From contig OU015566.1 in NCBI GenBank assembly GCA_907165135.1, positions 11,594,001 to 11,658,000 on the forward strand: DNA of 64,000 nucleotides, written 5' to 3'. The position numbers were made by a program, and so were the translations under genes. This document shows positions 15,101 to 25,181 of the stretch, piece by piece. Position 1 is the first letter of the stretch. Every line of letters begins with the position of its first letter. The stretch is from Oikopleura dioica (Eukaryota; Animalia; Chordata). The notes under the pieces were generated by a model. It saw nothing but the letters and a program-made list of their open reading frames with translations. It was not told the DNA's origin and ran no database searches.

Positions 15101-15546
15101 GGGAAATCCATTTTTTTCAAAGAGATTGAGCGGTTTGGATTAACGAAAAACAGACTCAGCTGTTTCAAATAGAATCTTTACTTGCAGCAAGATAAATTGA
15201 TTGAAAAAGGAATTAAAGAAAGGAGGTTTATCTTGTTTTTGAGGTGAAAACATGGACTGTGTTTATTTGCGAATGAATACAGTTAAATTTCAATTATTGA
15301 AACTATAAAAGCCTTCATAACCTCAGTTTCCGTCGCCTCTCTGACGAGCTGCGAAAGTCCCTCCGCTCTCTGGAAAAACGAAGCTCAACGCATTCTGGTT
15401 CAAGCCGCTCCAGTGCAGCCAGTTCTAGAGACAGTTCCAGTGGAAGCAGCAATTCTAGGAATGGGATAGAAAAGAGGCTGTTTTGCGTTATGCGGCCGAT
15501 TATGAGGTGCTGCATTACTTTGAGGGTATTTGGCTCGGTATTTTAA
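188..15546 (+). CDS. Atypical Cdc42/RhoJ/RhoQ-like Rho GTPase, multi-exon
   Basis: Exons: 188-215 (tentative, GA donor), 688-852 ([23 protein letters not shown]), 11531-11589 (IDTAGK), 12881-13018 ([13 protein letters not shown]), 13636-13773 (VILVGTQID + Rho insert), 14924-15039/15079 (YIECSALT). Possible terminal exon 15327-15546 via a GC donor. Phases are consistent; G1-G5 boxes present. Confidence 0.9.
3792..4554. mobile_element. Foldback/MITE-like element with long inverted arms in the Rho intron
   Basis: ~190 bp near-perfect inverted repeat (3792-~3980 vs ~4368-4554), weaker match extending inward to ~4047/4298; non-coding; no clear TSD. Confidence 0.75.
10246..10286. mobile_element. 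Tiny TTAA-flanked palindromic remnant (piggyBac-like)
   Basis: TTAA-ctcac..tcgagagtctctcga..gtggg-TTAA; 33 bp core. Confidence 0.35.
11907..12575. mobile_element. Non-autonomous long-TIR (foldback/Mutator-like) element in the Rho intron
   Basis: ~260 bp inverted arms (11907-12168 vs 12315-12575); flanking direct repeat ATCTTTGA at 11899-11906 and 12576-12583. Confidence 0.85.
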
Positions 15547-16947
15547 AGCACTGTGGGAAAAGGGGACGCGAAAGGTCAACATGTAACTCTTTCGGGAAAA
15601 GAATGCTTTTTGACGGGTTAAGCGGGCATAAGACTGTATTTTCTATAAGGTTCTTTTTCTATTACATCTGTCATGGCTAGCCTTAAATATTTTTAAAAGA
15701 ATGTTTCTGATGAATTCAAAGTTTTATATCGCAAAATGAAGCAAGAACTTGGCAACGTAAAATGATCGAAAAATTAAGCGTGAAAAGGTATGACGATGCG
15801 AGATCATCAAAGTCATGTGTGATCATGTTCGAGGGATGAATTTGGGAAGGCGTTGACGCCGAAACGCATGTCTCGCTAAACCAGCGAGAAATTCCAGCGA
15901 TCTAGATTATCGCCCCCGATTTACTCGATTACTGTTTTTGCCCGTCCATCATTTATTTGGATTTCTATACTCTCAGCGCAAATTAACCGCCATCTAAGGC
16001 TACGAAATCTGGATAAAAGATGGACGTAATCTTAATGACGAAACAAAGTACATCACTCAGCGCGGGTGACTTTCTTATCAGTACCAAAGTCGCAAGGCTT
16101 CTGCGATAACATCCCGGGAGGGCCATCATCTCCTTGTCTCCGATGGGAATTTCCGTTGATAAGGCTTGTCCCGCACGTTGTTGCGGAATTAATTGCGAGA
16201 TCTAAGATCTTGTGTTCTACTTTTCGGCCATTTTTCTATCCAAAAACTCAGCTCCGACGAATCCGACTACACGAAGCCAACCTATTCGAAGACTTTCAAT
16301 CCGGACACGATTTCTAGTGCTCCAAGTCGCCCCCGTCCATTTCTCAACTTTCTATGCATGCGCTAGCTAGACCCCTAAGCATCTACGATTCCACCCTTGA
16401 AAGGCTAGAATTCTAGCCACTTCAGATTTTCCAAAATTTGTTCCTAACTTATTCCTTCCTATTTAAATTTGTAAATATTCCACGATGTATACAACTTGTT
16501 CTTTACATAAAATTCTACTTTTGACAAATTTGTTTGAAACCGCTTTCTGCTTCTTAAAAATGACTGAGAAATGGACCGTCAACTGGACCCGGTCGAAAAA
16601 GGTAAAAAAATGCTTTTGTGTAAATAGATTCAGAGAACGAAGATCCTAAAATCCTTAATTGCCAGATGAATGAAAGAAGCGCGAAGATGTCGTTACTTGA
16701 CACAAACATGAACACAAGCTTACTGTAAATAAAAGCTAAAGTACATTCTCTATAAGTTGTACGAAATCAATGATTTTTATCGTTCTCTTCCTTGATTTCA
16801 AGAAAAAATATGACTTCAGTGACCTTCCAAGCTGCCTGAAGCTGTCATTCGTGGACATTTACTGGCATTTTTTCGCTGATAATTGCAGTTTCCGGAAATC
16901 TTTACCGAAAAATACCAGTATTCAAAAATCATTTTATCATTTTAACC

Positions 16948-19900
16948 ATGCCAGATTGGGAAGCGAACTGCAGCTTTTGCCGCCAGAGAGGAAAGACTGT
17001 CGTTTTTGAAAATGAGATTTGGATTGTTCCAAAAACTGTTTGTAAAGTACAACTGCCTCGTGAGCCTGAAAAGCCTTCGGTTCAATTTATCTACGACGAT
17101 AGACGGATTTTAGGGAATAAGTACTCGTTTTTTATTTTTCTTCCTTTTGAAATCTATCTAGCGGGTTCGAAACATTCAAGCAGAAAGTAACATTTGTCTC
17201 CTTATCATCAATATTTTGGATTTGCATTATGTTTGCAACGTCTTATATTGTTTTCGAAGGGAAAAAATTTGTCCCAGGATTCGGTTCAGCCTGCGTTCTT
17301 GAGTATAAAAAGTGCATTTTGTTGAGACAGTTTTCAACCTGCCTTCGCCCTCTTAGAAATTGTGGAAATATTTATCACGAAGGCAGTGGTTGTGAGTTTT
17401 AATTGACCATTGATTTAATGCAGCCTATCAACCAGTTTCAGATTACAAGAAATTCATAATGCCTTCGGAAATTTCTACTATCTCAATAGAAGATCAAATG
17501 CCCAGGAAAAGAGAATATTACGATGAATCCGAGAATGAAGAAAATCGAAAGGAGTGTCTTTTTATGATAAAGAGTGGTGGTCGAATGTGCAAGGAACTTT
17601 GCTCTTTGCAGGATATTACGGACTTTCACCCGTTCGAATTTCTACCGACAGTGCATCGAGTAAGCGAGCAATGCTTTCATATTTGTGAGCTTATCGGAGT
17701 ACCGACGGAGAAAATCTGTCCTTTGAATTCTGGTTGTCGTGATGGATGTCCGTGTCCAGGTGAAAGCCAGAGTAAAAATTAGTTCTTCATAAATTTTTAG
17801 AGTACAAATGCACAAAAACCCTTCCAAAGAAGCAAATAACGATTATTGATTCTCGCACTTATTCATGTGATCATTACAATGATAAATTGAATGATTACAA
17901 TCCTTGTAATGACTATCCGGCTCTTAATTATTTTTCTTTCCTGACATTCAATCAAAATCTCACTCGCTTAGAGATTTCTAGCACGAATGTTCCGATTCCC
18001 TCCTTGATGAAGGAAGTACGATGTTCGACTTTTTTTCAAGGAAAACACTACATATTTATGTCAACCGGAAATGTTTTTCAATATCACAACTATGTTATCG
18101 TTAATGGGATAAAACTAATCTAACAAAATATATTAAGAGAGAAGCGGTCGAGATCTTTTTTCAATCCGATCCCGACCATCTTCCGATAAAGTTTTATCGC
18201 TAAATGAAAACTTTGAGACTCTAATTATTGATGAGCATACACTAGAAAGTCATAGAACAGGTTAAAGCTAGGCCCTTGAATCTAGGGAGGGTGCTCTTGT
18301 GGCACTTTCGTTATATTTGCCCCTGCAGCACTGTCTTTCCTGTGGCACTTGCGCCCAGAGTTGTAAAATACTTTACCTTAGCCTCAAAGTAAAGTAAAGT
18401 ATGTTAAAGTAGAAGCTATTTTTCAGTTTCACTTTACTTTACTTTACTTTAAGATTTTGAAAGTGATCTCTACTTTGCCAATACTTTACTATGGAAGATG
18501 AAAGTGCTTTCTACTTTACTTTACTTTACTTTATGGTTTTCAAAATGAACTCTACTTTACTTTACTCCACTTTAGATTTTCAATAATGATTCTACTTTAC
18601 TTTGCTTTATGTTGGAGTTTTCTCTAGAAAAATCTATTGATATTTATGAAATCTTATTTTACGCTTGAAAAGCGATTATTTCTCTAGACTTGCTATTTTC
18701 GCAAGCATTCTTCAATACATTTTCATAACACTATGCCGCCTAAGCGCAAAAGAGATTCCTTGGAGATTTTTCAAGCCCCCACTGATGAAAAAACGAAGAA
18801 AAGACTTAAAACAATCTTGGAGCACGAAGATATTGCCCCATATAATCTCAAGTCGTTAGAACTCGGACACATTGAAGGAAAGCCGACTGGCCTCGCGCTT
18901 TGCGAATGCGGACAAACCTTTGTCGCTGGTTCAAATGGAGCTCTACATCTCGACAAAAGTATTTATTTCCTGGATAATTTTTAGTCATATTTTGATTCTT
19001 AGTAAGAATACATTTGAGTCGTAACCACGCATCTCGATCATCGCCATGGGATAAAAAATTGAAACAAATCCCTGAAGACCTTGTCAATGGTGTTCATCGA
19101 CAAAACGCTGTTTGCATCGCAACACACAATCTCCCGATGAATATATTTTCTGAGTAAGGTTAAAATAATTGTGTTGAAAATTAACATAAATAAGGCAAGC
19201 ATTTGTGGAGTGCGATCGAATTCTGTTGAAAGGATTGTCACATGACCCTGAAGGGGCTCAAGATCTCAAAATGAGCAGATATCTACTCCGAAAAAGAATT
19301 CGAGATAATGCAATATTGATGAAAGAGCAACTTGGTGGAAATTTCGTTCTTCTTGCGAACGAAGGATTTATTTCTTTGTTATACGATCACAAGACTGTCG
19401 GAAACAAGACCTCCGATTACCAGGATAATATTCTGTCCTTGGTATGTCTTATTCATCTTGGAAATCGATCCAAGCCGTATACGCTTTTCTTCGAGCCTGT
19501 TGATTCTCTAACGAAGCTGGACACTGTACAAACGATTCGAGACGCCCTCATGAAAGACTACGGTATCAACCTTGATGAAATAACAACTCCGTTGCCGATC
19601 ACAGTGGACGGTGGCGAATATCACAGCGCTAAAATGCTGTCTGTCGCATTCAATGTTTGCCTCGCACATTCAATGAATGTTGCTTCAAAGGTTTGAAATC
19701 GAGAACATAGGGTTTCTTTTTTAAGCACAAGTGCGCTAATGGGTTAAAATGCCAATTTTTCGGCACAAGTGCGCTCATAGGTTAATATGTCAATTTTTTG
19801 GCACGAGTGCGCTCATAGGTTAATATGCCAATTTTTTGGCGCAAGTGCGCTCATGGGTTAAGATGCCAATTTTTTGTCACAAAATGCGCTAATGGGTTAG

Positions 19901-22900
19901 CACGCCACTTTTTTGGCACAAGCGCGCTCATGGGTTAACATGCCAATTTTTTGGCACAGATGCGCTAATGGGTTAATCCACAATTTAAAATAATTTAAAA
20001 ATCTTTACAGATTAAGGAATATTTTTAGGGCGCTGTAATTTATGCACAACGCTATTTCGACCTGGAAAATGAGGAAAAACGAATTGACAATTTTCTTTTG
20101 AAAGCACGAAAGGGTCTGAGCAAGGAAGAACTCAAAATCATGAAGAAAGAAGGCATGCCACAAAGCCTCGCGGATTTTTTCTACGATCTTCCAGTAACAG
20201 AAAAAGATTCCGTGAAAATCTTCAAGATGAGGAATCCGGAGTCAAAACTAGAAGGCGATGCGCTCAAATCGATGGCGGGAAAAAAGATCACCCAGTATCC
20301 AATGCCGGCGAATCTTAACAAAATAAGATTCAACAGAATGGATCAGCATCTGGACTTACTTCTCTGCTGGGAAGGTAGAAAGACCGTTATTTTTTTTCCT
20401 TCAAAAAGTTGTAGATAACATGCTGATGATGGACTCCGCCAGCTCCAAATACAGATATCTTATAACTTCACTTGCCGATGATTATCCAAATATGGCCTAT
20501 GTTCGCGCGCATAAATTGGTCACAACGATATTCAGGAAGCATATTCTCCGTGCAGAGAAGAACTCTACTAGGGTGCCAGATGTTTCTCAAATTTTCGAAG
20601 ATTGTTTTCGAGACATTTTGAGTCTCAATTTGACTGCGCATAACTATGATCTAGAGACTGCTGATAATATAAACAGTCTTTGCAAAGGTAAATTTTCAGT
20701 AAAAGAAATATTATTTTTCATTATTTCCAGGCGCAACTTTAAAAATGATGATGATGGTCTTTGGCTCGGCGCGTGTGCCTTTTGAAGGCTCATTTACTTT
20801 GAAGAAAGGAGACGAACCACCTAGAATGACTTTGGTCAACAAGGCGTCAATGTTTATTGACTTCAATCGCCAAAAATGCAATTTTTGGCGACTAAGAGAG
20901 GCTTACAGAAATTCAAAAGGAAGGATTAATATAAATTTTTAAAGAAGATTTTATCTTTATCAAAATAATTTTTTAAAGATCCATTTAAAGACCCGTTTTA
21001 TTTGGCTCAGGAGCTCGTCATTTGCAGTGTCACTACCGATTGGCCAAATGAAGCTCGAGATTTCGTTGTTCAACTATCTCAAAAGCTTGAAACGGAACCA
21101 GAAGAACTAATCATGGACGAATTGGTGATCGAGGAGCAAAACTCGGACATTGATCCAGATGTTCTGAGACAGTCACGAGGATCTCAGCCAAGAATCAATT
21201 CACCATCAGTTGAAGGTAATTTACTTCTATCGAAAAATTATTCAAAAAAAATAACAAGGCGAAATCGAGCGATTCAAGATTTCCGGGGAGAATATGTGGA
21301 GGGCTGCAATAAAGGCAGTTGAAAAAATGGGTGCACAAGTTACTGCCAGCTCATGCTTACGGTCTTTCTACAAATTGTACCGGAAAGACTTTCCAAGATT
21401 AGCAAAGATTGCTGATTATGTAAGTTGACGCATGTATTCAAATTTATACTTTTACTTAAACTTTTAAGTTATGCGCAATGAATGGTTCTGCAAGTGAGAT
21501 TGAGAGAAGTTTCGCTAGTACTACGGCGCAGGTCCAAGATCCAAAGAAAAACAGAACGAAAGCGGCGAAAATTGAGGAAACACTTCAGTTCAAGCAGTCC
21601 AAAGAGTTCTTGGACATGATGAATGAGGCGCTCAAAATGGTCAAAAAGGGCTTATAAGGCTATTTTTTTATAATCAGATTCTATTTTAATAAAACTTTAA
21701 TTTATTTTCTTTACTTTGAAACGTTACTTTACGACTGGCGAAGTGGGGTCCGTTTCACTTTACTTTGCTTTACTTTAGAAAACGAAAAGTGAAGTCTACT
21801 TTGCTTCACTTTACTTTAAGATTGTGACGGTGGGTTTTAATTCACTTTACTTTACTTTAAGATCAATGTTTTCACTTTTACTTCACTTTACTTTACTTTA
21901 AAATGGCCGAGGCAATTTTCACTTTACTTTACTTTAGAAAATTTTAAAGTAGATTTTTTGACACTACTTTACTTTATGGCAAAGTAAAGTATTTTCCAAC
22001 TCTGCTTGCGCCTGTTGTGGTATACCACAGAAAAAACAGTGCCACAAGAAAGACAGTGTCACAGGAGCACCCTCCACGTAACATCTTACTCTTTTCTGGA
22101 ATAACTTACTTCAGTTTATCGACAAACATTTGGAATCAGTTTCGGGGAAATATGTGGACATGGAGTTTTTACAACGGAAATAGATCAAGACTTTGCAATA
22201 GACAAGCATGGAGTTTTTATTTGTCATACTAATGGATTCGAAAAATGCAGGGTTATTTTTCCACACTCCCCAAAAACTCTCTACTCATGGTTTTCAGATA
22301 ATACACTTATATTTTTAGAAAATCAATTGTTCCTCGATTATTAATTGATTTCTCAAAGCCTACAAAAAGCCAGCCGCTGAGGTTCCATCGTTCAGAAAAG
22401 GCATAGACGGCTCGGAAGTGAGCACTTATACTTTCCAAGGACGTTTTGTAAGTAACTTTGGTCAATGTATAGGAAACTCGATGAAAAATGAGCTTTTTTG
22501 GGCTTAGTAGGGAGGGAGTATAATAGAGTTTTTGAAAGCCCAGAAGCTGGGGATCATTTTGACTATTGATAGTCAGGGGTTTAACATATGCCCTGGGGCA
22601 CTTTTGGCCTTCCGAAGGGCCAAATATCTGGTACTCTCAGGATAGGGGACCGTAACTTCTAGTATCCCGGGTCTGTGGTAATAAAACCCATACTGGGTTG
22701 TAGAGTAGGCTCTGACGATTCAGAATATGTGTCAAAAACCATCGTTAGGCCCACTCTGGAGGGCGCTAGAGGCTCTAGAACTTAAGGAAGATGGCCGAAA
22801 ATCCGCACTCTTGGTCCCAAAAAGTGCGAAACTGTTATTTCCTTCGAATGAAAAACGTTTAAGGACATTTTTTATCGATAAAAATATGTAAGAAAAGTAT

Positions 22901-24236
22901 TTCTGGGTCATATGAGATATTCCGGGGCGAGTTCCTACGAAAATCTCTTTTTTTGTAAAATATGACCCCAAATGACCTTCAATGACCCCAAAATACTTTT
23001 TCATATATAAATATCGGTTTAAAACGTCCTTAAACGTTTTTCATTCGAAGGAAATAACAGTTTCGCACTTTTTGGGACCAAGAGTGCGGATTTTCGGCCA
23101 TCTTCCTTAAGTTCTAGAGCCTCTAGCGCCCTCCAGAGTGGGCCTAACGATGGTTTTTGACATTATTATTCTGAATCGTCAGAGCCTACTCTACAACCCA
23201 GTATGGGTTTTATTACCACAGACCCGGGATACTAGAAGTTACGGTCCCCTATCCTGAGAGTACCAGATATTTGGCCCTTCGGAAGGCCAAAAGTGCCCCA
23301 GGGCATATGTTAAACCCCTGACTATCAATAGTCAAAATGATCCCCAGCTTCTGGGCTTTCAAAACTCTATTATACTCCCTCCCTACTAAGCCCAAAAAAA
23401 AGCTCATTTTTAATCGAGTTTCCCTATCAATGTAACTACTACTGTATTCTAACTATGTAACTAAGCATTATGCTTTGGGATTTTCACGGAAAGGCGTAAT
23501 TTTTTATGCTTGTTCGTTTTCAGACGATTCTCTCACAACAAATGGGTACTGGAGTAAGTGGCCTTTACTCAAGTGAGTTCGAACCAAACATAAAGAATCG
23601 AAGATCTGGGTCACTTATTCGTGGAAATTGGAAAGATAATTACTATCAAATTTCATATTCGAAACGATCGGAAATAAATAGTTTTTGCCTAACAACTTAT
23701 ATTTTGTTGGCATTGTTCCTGACTCATATGGAGTCACGATCATTATGAACGACAGGGACCCGCAAAGAACAATAGCTGTGATGGACAAATATGCCACAAA
23801 TTTTTATGTTTCAAGACTAGGTAGATATATCGAATAGATATCGAATTGTAACGTCTTTATATTTAACTATAAGTGGATAACATATTGGTTGATCTTGCCG
23901 TTTTCAAATCAACTCATCGTTTTGGATGGGCCAGTTTCAGTTCCTTTATTCATATCGGCAGGTAAACATAAAAACCTATACAAAAATTGGTAAGAATATA
24001 AATCATGGCTTAGACGATTCTTTATTGTCCAACAACAATATTTCTGCCGCGACTGTCAAGGAAGAATGGCAGACTGCATGTTCCACAACTGTAGACCTTA
24101 CAACCCAAGCGATTTTGTTCAAAAAATGTTAGAAATATCATGGATAGAAGGTACATTTACCAAAAGAGAATTCCGCGATGTTGGTGATCTTTCACTGAAT
24201 GAAATTCGATTTTTGTGGCCAAAAATTTTGGGCTAA
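16948..24236 (+). CDS. Uncharacterised single-pass membrane protein with Cys-rich (CPLNSGCRDGCPCPEYKC) and possibly beta-propeller-like C-terminal region
   Basis: Phase-consistent exons 16948-17120, 17162-17311 (hydrophobic helix), 17357-17391, 17442-17759, 17801-~18090 with 41-50 nt GT-AG introns. Further exons at ~18135-18260, ~22115-22250 and ~23520-23961 are less certain; last exon 24014-24236 followed by AATAAA. The link between the 5' and 3' parts is inferred. Confidence 0.6.
18385..18610. repeat. Left subterminal AAAGT/ACTTT pentamer array of the hAT
   Basis: Many aaagtaaagt and actttactttact copies; mirrored by a right array at ~21710-21990. Confidence 0.85.
18733..21657 (+). CDS. 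hAT transposase, 9 exons, 755 aa, no stops or frameshifts after splicing
   Basis: Exons 18733-18958, 19003-19153, 19195-19690, 20029-20374, 20415-20687, 20731-20919, 20979-21215, 21259-21419, 21469-21657. BED-like CEC..H..H; LLYDHKT (D), ITVDGG (D), CLAH (CxxH), KIRFN, FPRLAKIA..SASEIERSFAS (E, hATC domain). Confidence 0.9.
19717..19976. repeat. ~38-bp minisatellite, ~7 copies, in transposase intron 3
   Basis: Unit approx. TTTTTTGGCACAAGTGCGCTCATGGGTTAANATGCCAA, tandem with no spacers. Confidence 0.9.
22470..23426. mobile_element. Non-autonomous hAT-type foldback element, 957 bp
   Basis: TAGG(G) termini, ~400 bp near-perfect inverted arms, 8-bp TSD TCAATGTA (22462-22469, 23427-23434). Confidence 0.93.
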
Positions 24237-24510
24237 AACTGCAATCAAATTAAATTATTTTCTAATCATAATAAATCAAAGTTGATGAGTCTTCGGTGAT
24301 TGAGACAGCTGAATGTGTTTGTCTTTTCAGGCCACAGTGGCACTATAAAAATCACTTGAATTTATCATTGACCAAATTGAGTTAGGATGTGACGTGGAGC
24401 AAAAGTGTCAAGATTTTCCATGAGAAAATTCAACAGTAAATTTGCTCAGAAATTGATTTTCTTGTAATTTGTTTTCAAAACACTGTCTATGGAATTCGTC
24501 TCAAGGTTAA

Positions 24511-25181
24511 CCTTACGACGCCAAGTGTGTCATATATGACACCAAGAGTTTCAAACGCCCGTAACTCATTTGTAACATGGTCTGAGAATTTCGCTGACCC
24601 CCCTTTATGCCCCTACTTTTCGCTAAGCTTTCACGTGGTATCAACTTTATGGGCGCTGCTTCGCTAGAAATGGATGAGAATAGCGAATTTCGCTTCGCTA
24701 CTAGTGTGTCGTATATGACACACGAATTCATTGAAAATGTGTCATATATGACACATTGTCGTCGGTAGGACTTTTTTCCGCCGGAGAAGAAATTGAATTT
24801 TTGGGTTGTGGGTCGGGTTTGGGTATCTGTCTGGGTCTAAGTTCCGTCCCAGATTCTGATTTTGGCTAAAGCTTGTATTTAGACCGGAGTTCGGCCTATG
24901 AAATGGCCTCTAGAAGGCGGTAGAGGCGATGTGTCATATACGACACATTGTCGTCGGTAGGATATATTCCGCCGGCAAAATTATACATTTTTTCGGGGAT
25001 TTCGGTTCGAGTTCGGGTTAGAGTTGAGGCTTGAATTTTGTTTCAGAGTTTAATTTTGGTTCCAATGTGGCATAATACCCTTCTTTGACTTCTATAATCG
25101 CCTCTAGAGGGCAGTAAAGGCAATGTGTCATATACGACACATTGTCGTCGTAGGGGGAAATTCTCGTTTGTCGTCGTAAGG
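24511..25181. mobile_element. Non-autonomous piggyBac-type element, 671 bp
   Basis: TTAA TSD (24507-24510, 25182-25185); TIR CCTTACGACG; five TGTGTC(A/G)TATA(T/C)GACAC palindromes; ~190 bp internal direct repeats. Confidence 0.9.

Larger units (their letters stand above)
18356..22004 (+). mobile_element. Full-length autonomous hAT (Ac/Tol2-like) DNA transposon, 3649 bp
   Basis: TIR CAGAGTTG(T/G)AAAATACTTTAC at both ends; perfect 8-bp TSD CTTGCGCC (18348-18355, 22005-22012); AAAGT/ACTTT subterminal arrays; internal transposase. Confidence 0.95.
18286..22075. mobile_element. ~130 bp MITE (TIR GGAGGGTGCTC) interrupted by the hAT insertion
   Basis: 18286-18355 and 22013-22075 form a small element with 20 bp TIRs (2 mismatches) and repeated GTGGCACT/AGTGCCAC motifs. 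Confidence 0.65.

Noticed and set aside
15700-16400. Possible gene between Rho and the membrane-protein gene (ORF 16066-16317 + and open minus frames)
   Set aside because: Needs very short introns and has no convincing start or domain.
19717-19976. Regular ~38-bp repeats as a CRISPR array
   Set aside because: Tandem units with no unique spacers, eukaryotic context, inside a transposase intron; no cas genes.
24737-25150. Palindromic repeats at ~190 bp spacing as a CRISPR-like or novel array
   Set aside because: Explained as internal repeats of a TTAA/TIR-bounded piggyBac element; the intervening sequences resemble each other.
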